From Octopus vulgaris (taxonomy: Eukaryota), in contig OX597817.1 of NCBI GenBank assembly GCA_951406725.2, positions 135,594,001 through 135,658,000 of the forward strand: DNA of 64,000 nt, given 5' to 3'. Below, piece after piece: positions 53,731 to 64,000 of the stretch. Position numbers and translations under genes: made by a program. The number at the start of each line of letters is the position of its first letter. The stretch's first letter is position 1. The notes below the pieces were generated by a model. It did not search any database. It saw only the letters and a program-made list of their open reading frames with translations, and was not told where the DNA came from.

Positions 53731-54034
53731 CTATTATTATTCATCTAAGGATGTTGTTTTCTCTTACTTGGACCTCTCTATCTTTTCCTCCTCATTAACT
53801 CTCTCTCTCTCTCTCTCTTTGTATTTCTCTCTTGTCAATTATTCTTTCTTTTCTTCCTCTCTTTCTCTCTCATTCTATCCTTGAACCCTTCCACAACTAC
53901 TCAACCAATCCCCAAATTCCTTTCTTTCATTCTTTTTTTTACTTTTATTTATCTTTCAGGTTTGTAAAGTGAGAAAAGTCCTGCTTCTCTTCTGTTTAGA
54001 GGTAAGTTTGTTGCTTGTTAAATTCAGTTAAAAG

Positions 54035-54092
<58 letters not shown>

Positions 54093-54287
54093 TCTTTTAT
54101 TTGTTTCAGTCATTTGACTGTGGCCATGCTGGAAAACTGCCTTTAGTCGAACAAATCAACCCCACGAATTATTCTTTGTAAGCCTAGTACTTATTCTAGC
54201 AGTGTCTTTTGCCGAACCACTAAGTTAGAGGGACATAAACACACCAACATCAGTTGTCAAGCGATGATGGGGGACAAACAGAGACAC

Positions 54288-54724
<437 letters not shown>

Positions 54725-54967
54725 AGATAAGAAAATGGAGAAATACATCTAAATCAAATATCAATTACCAGATAATACTCAATCACATACTTTATTAAAC
54801 CACCACATAAGAGACTGTAGGGTTAAATATAAAAAGCAGAACAAATCAGTGTACATAAAGGAGTGTACATAAAAAAGTGTACATAAAAGAGTAATGTTGT
54901 ATAATAATTAGAATATATATAAAAAAGAATATAAATACAAGTAAATATAAATATAAGTATAAATTAG

Positions 54968-55094
54968 ATCTTACAGCTGTTTCGGCCATGTCGATAATTA
55001 TGTCTCATTTTACCAATATTAGCTCTTTATGGTTGGTCAATATATAGATATAAATGAGACATTAACAAAAATATCACAAGGCCTCTTTGGAGAT
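54968..55094 (-). ncRNA. Type-I hammerhead ribozyme-like motif with extended stem II (core mutated)
   Basis: ATCT-CCAAAGA-GGCC..(long stem including atgtctcattt/aaatgagacat)..GGCC-GAAA-CAGCTG-TA|AGAT. Stem I is a perfect ATCT/AGAT, stem III is the palindrome ACAGCTGT and the triplet is GUA. The core reads CCAAAGA instead of CUGANGA. Confidence 0.7.
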
Positions 55095-56789
55095 TATGTA
55101 ATATAACACTGTCTACACATATACCCACATGGGTGTGGATGCGTACCCACAATACAATATATATATATATACATATGAGTGCATATACTCACACTCCTAT
55201 ACATATAAAAAAATATACACTTACATAATGATATAAATAAATAATATAAATTAGTAAACATATATATGTGTTCCACACCCAATGTCTCAGTTTTTCGACT
55301 TAATATTGTGATAATAAACATACACAAAATAATACCTAGATGTAAATATACATAGTCAATAGTACATTATATTACTTCATAATAGTTTCCAAAGTGTCAT
55401 TAAAGTTAGTATCATTATCATTGTCAATACAATTAATGTTATCATTGTTATCATTCATAATATTATTAATAACTCTTACATTATGATCCAGAGCAGAATA
55501 TATGTATGTTCGTGTTCCAGTTAATAATTTTCCTTATGGCATAAATATACTATTGGATTTGGATTTAAAATTATCAATATCTTCCTCACGATTGGTCAAT
55601 TGAGAACCGCCCGACCTCCACCAAACCGTACAAGCAAAACATACACATCCACATCTAACCCTAAACCCATACATCCACACAGAGACTCACACACACATGT
55701 ACACACACATGAATACACCCCGACACATCTCTACAATAAATTGGATAGTGCATGTCTGTCATCGTGTTGCTTATAGACATATCAGTACAGGCAGCAGTGT
55801 CTAACACTAACACACACACTCACACGCACATCCGCATATACGCATAAATATTAATACACTTTCCTATACTGTGTCAGGGAACTTTCGCACACACATATAT
55901 ATATTTATTTTTAAATATATATCTGCGCACTCATACATAAAAATAAAACCCATATTTATATCTACCCATGAATGAATATTCGCATATATTTATATACACA
56001 TCCAAGCATGCACCTGCGTGCTTATATGTGTTATAAAAACATACATCCGTACATCCACCCACGATCATACCTATATGTACAAAAACATATATACTTCCAC
56101 ATACACATTTTCACACACCTACAGAGGTTACTATTAATTTAGAATAAGTTTATTAATTATAAGTTAAATTAATTATAGATTAGTAAGTGCCAAATAAACA
56201 AAAATAAATAATTAAATAAATAAATATGAATATATATATACATACACACACACACATATATATATATATATACATACATACACATATCCATGTATAGATA
56301 AATAGATAGATAAAATGGAATACAAATTAAGGAGGGCATAAAGATAAACCTAATATAGTAAGTATAAGAGGATACGCCGGGGTGCACCCACATGCACATA
56401 CATGTGCGTGCACTCCCTCGCACAACCCCCAATAAACCAACTGTAAAAAAAAAAGGGGAATCCCACATTATATGCTCATCGAGATAAACAACTTATAGTA
56501 ATTATAGACTCTTACATATTACATATTGGTATATTAAAAACTCAAACTAGTGCCCTAAGATATGATGCACCTATACATCTTATGATGCACCTATACTCTG
56601 TGGTTTCCAAATATCATGCATATATCAGAATAACTATATATTTTTGTATATTTTTTCAGTCGGGACAGAAACAATTAATGTAGAACACATACATGGAGAC
56701 ACAAAAGTTATAAATTATAAATTGTAAGGACCAATAGTACAGTCCTATATAGATGAATGCTAAAAGGTTACTGGTAGACGAATTAGATG

Positions 56790-57065
56790 TTATTTAAATC
56801 TAGAGAAAGTGTACGCCAATTTGTGAAGGCAAAAAAAATTTCGATCATTAATGCTGTTAATAATGGGTTGGCCGGCTTTGATGATGAAGAAAATTTCATT
56901 GATACATAAAGAGCATTTTTTATTTCTACTATTGTATACAGGTGCAGATGTTAGTATTTCCCAATCTAGTTTAAAATCTATGTTCTTACTCTTGAGTTCC
57001 CAGATATACGTACTTAGCCCCGTAGAGTTCATCCTATTTTTATTTTTAAAAGTATATCTATATAA
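56790..57065 (-). pseudogene. C-terminal part of a Penelope-like GIY-YIG endonuclease domain
   Basis: FKNKNRMNSTGLSTYIWELKSKNIDFKLDWEILTSAPVYNSRNKKCSLCINEIFFIIKA...CLHK* matches the PLE pattern T.LS.YIW.LK...W.I...Y....C.LC..E...I...N......C.H. The upstream part of the listed ORF is microsatellite. Confidence 0.8.
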
Positions 57066-57487
57066 ATATATAGAGGTATATGTGTGTATATATATATATA
57101 CATACACATATATATATATATTTGTTCTCACTGTCCTGTTCTTGTTACCACTTTCACCCGTCACAAAAAATCGCAAATTTTATTTAATTTGGTTTGCGGG
57201 AAGGACTGTTTCAACAAAGTCGCGTCTTGTCCTTACCTACGAAATGTGGAGTAGATGAAACAAGGACAACTGAAGAAGGGGAATATTCTTTATGTTGTAT
57301 GTCTCATTTCTCTGTTTTTTCGTTTTTCGAAAATAGCTTGTTTCTATGTTTTTGTTTTTATGTTTTCATTTCTCATTGTGTTCAATGGTTTTTTTCATGT
57401 CCTGTACCCATATATGCATGTATATATACATATATATGTCGGTATGTACATATATGTATGTATATATGCATATATTTATATATTATT

Positions 57488-57535
<48 letters not shown>

Positions 57536-57737
57536 CAGGCTTCTTTCAGTTTCTGCCTACTAAATCCACTCACAAGGCTTTGGTTGGCACAAGGCTATAG
57601 TAGAAGACATTTGCCCAAGGTGCCATTCAGTGGTACTGAAACTGGAGCTATGTGGTTGGTAAGCAAGCTACTTACCACACAGCCGCTCCTGTGCCTATAT
57701 ATGATATTTTTATAAACACACACACACACACATACAC

Positions 57738-57784
<47 letters not shown>

Positions 57785-57981
57785 TGTATAAAATACAATC
57801 AAGATTCAGTTGAATTAGGTACTTAAATTGAATCACCTTGTTAAGTCGGAACAATATGCACAGCCAAACAATGTTAAGTGAAGATGAAACGCAGTACAGA
57901 AGTGCCAGCACCTGATATTCTTGCAGTGTATGCAGATAATATGAGCCAGCTTAGTGAAGAGATCCACTCTTGGCTATTCAG

Positions 57982-59010
57982 ACATCATCATCATTATTTA
58001 ACGTCCACTTTCCATGCTAGCATGGGTTGGACGATTCGACTGAGGACTGGTGAACCAGATGGCTGCACCAGGCTCCAATATGATCTGGTAGAGCTTCTAC
58101 AGCTGGATGCCCTTCCTAACGTCAACCACTCCGAGAGTGTAGTGGGGGCTTTTATGTGCCACCAGTACAAGGGCCAGTCAGGCAGTACTGGCAACATCCA
58201 CACTCTAATAGTGTTTATTACGTGCCACCTGCACAGGAGCCAGTCCAGTGGCACTGGCAACGACCTCACTCGAATGTTCTGTTCACGTGCCACTGGCACA
58301 AGTGCCAGTAAGGCAACACTGGTAACGATCACGCTCAAATGGTGCTTTTTACGTGCCACCGGCATGGAAGCCAGTTAGCTGCTCTGGCAATGATCACGCT
58401 CAGATGGTACTCTTAGCGCTCCACTAGCACAGATGCCAGTCATCGAATTTGATTTCAATTTCAATTTCACTTGCCTCAACAAGTCTTCGCAAGCAGAGTT
58501 TAGTGTTCACTGAAGGAAAGGTGCTCACAAGTGGGCTGGTTACACTCTTAGCATAAACCACAAGGTTATGGTCTCACTTGCGCTTGCCAAGTCTTCTCGA
58601 GCACAGTATGTTTCCAGAAGTCCCGGTCACTAGTCATTGCCTCGGTGAGGCCCAATGTTCAAAGGTCATGCTTCACCACAGGCCCATACCAGCACAGTCA
58701 TCTCTCTTGCACACCACATCTGATGATTCTTAGATCCAACTATTCTCTCAAGGCACTAACACTCTGTCGAGTATCTACACTGACATTACACATCCATCGG
58801 AGCATACTGGCTTCATTCCTTGCGAGCTTGCACATGTCCTCAGCAGTCACGGCCCATGTTTCACTGCCATGTAGCATGGCTGTTCGTACACATGTGTCAT
58901 ACAGTCTGCCTTTTACTCTGAGCGAGAGGCCCTTTGTCACCAGTAGAGGTAAGAGCTCTCTGAACTTTGCTCAGGCTATTCTTATTCTAGCAGCTACACT
59001 TTCAGCAGGA
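57982..59010 (-). mobile_element. 5'-truncated RTE-type LINE
   Basis: KGLSLRVKGRLYDTCVRTAMLHGSETWAVTAEDM..NEASMLRWMCNV, followed by the family-C 3' UTR and (TGA)n tail. Confidence 0.88.
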
Positions 59011-61569
59011 CCCTCCCCTACAACTGTCAAGGGCGTCTTATGGTCAAGTATATGTGTAGTTAGAAGCAGTGGTGGACTGGCCAGATTGCCAGCTTGCCGG
59101 ATGGCAAATGGGCCCCTGCACCATTAGAATCCATACATGTGGTCTCATGTCAGTATCTAAGGGGTCCATCTCCTCAAGTTTGAGAATTTTTTTATTCACT
59201 TCTGGAAGAATGCAATAATTATTTCAGCCTGGCTGTGTTTGTAGACAGTTGAAAAAAATATTTTTAACAAAAAAATTAATAAATAAATGATACCTATTTC
59301 TTTATTACCCACAAGGGGCTAAACATAGATGGGACAAACATGGACAGACATAGGTATTAAGCCGATTATATCGACCCCAGTGCTTAACTGGTACTTAATT
59401 TATCGACCCCGAAAGGATGAAAGGCAAAGTCGACCTCGGCGGAATTTGAACTCACAACGTAACAGCAGCCGAAATACCGCTAAGCATTTCGCCCGACGTG
59501 CTAACGATTCTGCTAGCTCACCGCAATAAATGATACCATTGTAGTTGCGGGTGGGCCCCCTTGTCATTGCGGGTGGGCCCCGTTGTAGTGGCCGATGAAT
59601 GTGTATATTTGTATGTTTACAGAGCAAGTCCATTTGTGTGTATACTTGTATTTTCACAGTATCATCCAGACTATCAGCTCTTGTTATACATCACTGGTCA
59701 CAATACACTTTGCATTGGTCTTAGCTTTCAAATGACTCCACCCCACTGGCGAGATGAGCAGGTCAGCATTCCTCTGATCAGAAAGCTATTCCATCACTGG
59801 GTGGACCCATTTACAGTTGAGTGGCCTGGAACACCATGGGATGAAGATGTTTTGCTCAAGAACACAACACACTACTTGGTCTGGGAATCGAACCCACGAT
59901 CTTGCAATCAGGAGTACAATGCCCTAAACACCAGGCCATGCACCTTCACTTGTATTTTAGACACACGAACCGTTTTTGTTGTGTCTTTGGAGGACCATCA
60001 TGCCAATAAGAAACACATACAGGCATTGGTTCTGTTTCACTTCTTTTATTATTGTTAGTCAATTAGTTAACCATTTACTTAATTAACTAATTGGCTATTT
60101 TATTAATCGCTCAGTCAGTCATTCAATCGATAACTGAAATTCATCATAGTCCTTTCAGCACCATTCACAACCTCATAAATGCTATTTTCTCACTACTCCA
60201 GGTCAATCAGAAGTGAAATACAACTAGTGTATGTTTCTTACTGGCATAGTGACCCTACCAAGATACAACAAAATCTGCTTCATGATTTCACATCAAAGAT
60301 CCTGGTGATACAAAAACAATTTTTTATTCATGTCATTTATAGTTACAAGAAATATCTTTCTCTTTAGTTTTTGTATCAATAGTGAATAGTAATTTCAAGT
60401 ATTCTATGACTGACTCTAAGTTGAAAAGACAAAAGAAGCAACCATTTTCTAAACAATCAGCATTGTTGGTTGATCAAGTTAGAGCTTGTTGATTCCCAAG
60501 GAGCGTTTCCTCTGTGTATCCCTCCCACATCATTCCTACAGGATTTCCATTGTAAAAACCACAGTAAGCACTGGGACAATGATTAGGAACAAAGGGAAAA
60601 GACTTACTAAACTGCTATTGTATATACATATGACATATACATGTTATATATATATATATATCATCATCATCATCATCATTGTTTAACGTCCATTTTTCAT
60701 GCTAGCATGGGTTGGATGGTTTGACTGGGGACTGGCCAGCTAGATGGCTGCACTGGGCCCCAGTCTGATCTGGCAGTGTTTCTACAGCTGGATTCCCTCC
60801 CTAACACAAACCAGTCCATGAGTGTAGTGGGTGCTTTTTACGTGCCACCGGCACAGGGGCCAGAGGAGCCTGGCAACGGCCATGATCAGCTTGAGCTTTT
60901 TGCATTCCACTGGCATGGATGCTAGTCAAGTTGGCGCTGGCATCGGCCACGTTCGGATGGTGTTTTTTACGTGCCACTGGCATGGGTATCACAACTATAA
61001 TTTCCATTTGATTTTTATTTTGATGTTGATGTACTTGACTCAATAGGTTTCCTCAAGCACAGCAGGTTGCCATACAATCCAAGGTTAGCACAGCAGGCCG
61101 TCCTGCAAGCCATGAACTCACTTCATTTGTCGGGTCTTTGCAGTCACAGCATATCTCCAGAGGTCTCAGTCTTTCGTCATTGCCTCTGTGAAGCCCAACT
61201 TTCGAAAGCCATATCATCATCATCATCATCGTCGTTTAGCGTCCGTTTTCCATGCTAACATGGGTTGGACGGTTCTACTGGGGTCTGTGAAGCCAGAAGG
61301 CTTCATCAGGCCCAGTCAAATCTGGCAGTGTTTCTACGGCTGGATGCCCTTCCTAACGCCAACCACTCCGTGAGTGTAGTGGGTGCATATATATATTTAT
61401 ATATAAATTGTGAGAAGTTGAAGTTATAAGAGATAATGGTGTCATTGAGACCCAAAGGTGTCAGGTAATACTAAATAAATGCTATAGAGAAACCGTAGTT
61501 AAATTCCAGATTCGGTAATTTTGCGAATAAGGGGTTCAATGTTGGTTCTATGTCAGCGTGTGTATATAG

Positions 61570-61992
61570 GAATTTATTGCGTTATAAGATAAAAAAGCCA
61601 AGGCTGTATAGATATTAGAGCATTTATAGATAGAAGGTATTACAGCTGTTTCTAGGATATTTATTAATTATGTCCCTTCATCGGAGATGGTGTGAGAGGA
61701 TGGTTAAGTCATAGTTAGTTTTAGATGTATGGATATTTTATATGTATGGATATTGAAGTTTGGATTTACAACTTCAATATCCATACATATCTAGCATCAA
61801 TTTTCTTTCCTCCACCTCACTTTCTATTTTGTATCACATCTAAAACTAACTATGACTTAACCATCCTCTCATACCATCTCCGATGAAGGGAGATAATTAA
61901 TAAATATCCTAGAAACAGCTGTAAGACCTTCTATCTATAAATGCTCTAGTATCTACACAGCCTTGGTTTTTTTTATCTTATAACGCAAAAAA

Positions 61993-61995
<3 letters not shown>
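61570..61995. repeat. About 160-bp inverted repeat carrying two hammerhead-like motifs, with a nested perfect 21-bp hairpin
   Basis: Arms at 61570-61728 and 61836-61995. Inner hairpin atatgtatggatattgaagtt (61740-61760) / aacttcaatatccatacatat (61770-61790). Confidence 0.92.
61876..61927 (+). ncRNA. Minimal type-I hammerhead ribozyme-like motif (mirror copy on the minus strand at 61638-61688)
   Basis: atct-CCGATGA-AGGGAgataattaataaataTCCTA-GAAA-CAGCTG-TA|aga. U4C core variant, palindromic stem III ACAGCTGT, stem I tct/aga, imperfect stem II junction. Confidence 0.62.
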
Positions 61996-62022
<27 letters not shown>

Positions 62023-62027
<5 letters not shown>

Positions 62028-63070
62028 TCATCATCATCGTTTAACGTTCGCTTTCCATGCTAGCATGGGTTGGGCGATTTGACAGGTCTGGAGAACCAGA
62101 TGGCTGCAGCAGACTCCAATCTGATCTGGCAGAGTTTCTACAGCTGGATGCCTTTCCTAACGTCAACCACTCCGAGGGCCACGCTCAAATGGTGCTTTTC
62201 AGGTGCCACCTGCACAGGAGCCAGTCCAGCGGCACTGGCAATGACCTCACTCAAATGTTTTTTCAAGTGCCAGTAAGCTGATGCAGGTAACGATCATGCT
62301 CGGATGGTGTTTTTCACATGCCACTGGCATGGAGGCCAGCTTGATGATCTGGCAAAGATCACGCTCGTGTGGTACTCTTAGCACTCCACTAGTACATATG
62401 CCAGTCGCCGAATTTGATTTCAATTTCAATTTCGATTTCGATTTCACTTGCCTCAACAGGTCTTCGCAAACAGAGTTTAGTGTTCAATGAAGGAAGGATA
62501 TGCATAAGTGGACTGGTTACACCCCTAGCATATGCCATGAGGTTATGGTTTCATTTGGTTTGTTGAGTCTTCTCAAGCACAGCATATTTCCAAAGGTCCC
62601 AGTCACTAGTCATTGCCTAGGTGAGGCCCAATGTTTGAAGGTCATGCTTCACCACCTCATCCCAGGTCTTCCTGGGTCTACCTCTTCTACAGGTTCCCTC
62701 AACCGCTTGGGTCTGGTACTTTTTCACACAGCTATCCACATCCATTCTTACCACATGGCCATACCAGCGCAGTCGTCTCTCTTGCACACCACATCTGATG
62801 CTTCTCAGGTCCAACTTTTCTCACAAGGTACTAACACTCTGTCGAGTATGCACACTGACATTACATATTCATCGGAGCATACTGGCTTCATTCCTTGTGA
62901 GCTTACGCATGTCCTCAGCAGTCATGGCCCATGTTTCACTGCCATGTAGCATGGCTGTTCATACACATGCGTCATACAATCTGCCTTTTACTCTGAGCGA
63001 GAGGCACTTTGTCGCCAGTAGAGGTAAGAGCTCTCTGAACTTTGCTCAGGCTATTCTTATTCTAGCAGCT
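62023..63070 (-). mobile_element. 5'-truncated RTE-type LINE
   Basis: ERRLRWYGHVVRM..RGRPRKTWDEVVKHDL and AMLHGSETW fragments, plus 3' UTR and (TGA)n tail. Confidence 0.88.
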
Positions 63071-63315
63071 AAAATCAAGTTGTTGGATCAGGTAATGAAG
63101 GTCACGGAGAGGGTCATAGCTCAACTAATTAGGGAGAGAGTCAATTTTGATGAGATGCAGTTTGGTTTCATGTCAGGGAAAAGCACCACTGATGCTCTAT
63201 TTCTGGTAAGACAGCTGCAGGAGAAATACCTAGCCAAAGATAAACCTCTGTACCTGGCTTTTGTTGACATGGAGAAAACCTTTGACAGAGTCCCCCAATA
63301 CCTTATCTGGTGGTC
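63071..63315 (+). mobile_element. Inverted RT-domain fragment of RTE-type LINE
   Basis: IKLLDQVMKVTERVI..DEMQFGFMSGKSTTDALFLVRQLQEKYLAKDKPLYLAFVDMEKTFDRVP (RT N-terminal motifs). Confidence 0.88.
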
Positions 63316-63319
63316 AACT

Positions 63320-63785
63320 AAACTTCTTTGGTCACTAAACTCTGCTTGCGAAGACCTGTTGGGCAAGTGAAATCAAAATCAAATTTGATGACTGGCATCC
63401 ATGCTAGTGGGGTGCAAAGAGCACCATCCCAGCGTGATCATTGCCAGAGCAGCTAACTGGCTTCTGTGCCGGTGACACATAAAAGAGCACCATTCGAGCA
63501 TGATCATTACCAATGTCACCTTACTGGCACCTGTGCCAGTGGCATGTGTAAAAAAGATTCGAATGAGGTCATTGCCAGTACTGCCTGACTGGCCCCGTGC
63601 CGGTGGCATGTAAAAAGCACCCACTACACTCTTGGAGTGATTGGCATTAGGAAGGGCATCAAGCTGTAGAAACTCTGCCAGATCAAGATTGGAGTCTGGT
63701 TCGCTAGCCCTCAGTCAAAATCATCCAACCCATGCTAGCATGGAAAGCGGACATTAAACGATGATGATGATGATGATGATGATGT
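63320..63785 (+). mobile_element. Family-C LINE 3' UTR with (GAT)n tail
   Basis: Reverse complement of about 62023-62480. Confidence 0.85.
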
Positions 63786-64000
63786 ATATATATGTATGTA
63801 TATTCTTTTACATATTTCAGTCATTTGACTGCAGCCATGCAGAGCACTGCCTTAAAGTGTTTTTTAGTTGAAGAAATCGACCCCAGGAGTTATTCTTTGT
63901 AAGCATAGTACTTATTATATCAGTGTCTCTTTTGCCAACTGTTAAGTTACGGGGACATAAACATGCCACCATCGGCTGTCAAGGGATGGTGGTGGGGACA

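Noticed and set aside
55084-55090. Idea that A-to-I editing could restore G5 of the mutated hammerhead core
   Set aside because: CpG decay explains the change more simply, inosine is not expected to substitute fully at G5, and nothing shows the locus is transcribed.

Overview
AT-rich, repeat-dense animal genomic DNA. The SINE, LINE and microsatellite landscape looks like a coleoid cephalopod, probably Octopus (inferred from pattern recall, not a search). Two host genes are supported, both on the minus strand. One is a complete three-exon BRK1/BRICK1/HSPC300 gene (76 aa, 25225-46982, two introns of about 10-11.5 kb). The other is the first coding exon of GRIPAP1/GRASP-1 (8005-8046), whose remaining exons appear to lie left of the window. 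Most of the rest is mobile-element debris: several tRNA-headed SINE families, RTE-, Tx1- and R4/Dong-like LINE fragments, a decayed mariner, piggyBac- and hAT-type MITEs, Helitrons, a possible solo LTR and long microsatellites. Nearly all long ORFs in the track are microsatellite or low-complexity artefacts. The most interesting signal is a set of five type-I hammerhead-ribozyme-like motifs (2418, 43812, 54968, 61638, 61876) with palindromic or inferred-palindromic stem III. One lies in the 3' region of a Penelope-like element with a GIY-YIG C-terminus, two form an inverted pair, one sits inside a foldback element and one lies downstream of a tRNA-like A-box. Together they suggest a microsatellite-associated family of Penelope-like or retrozyme-like elements. 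Repeat boundaries are approximate (about 10-30 bp).
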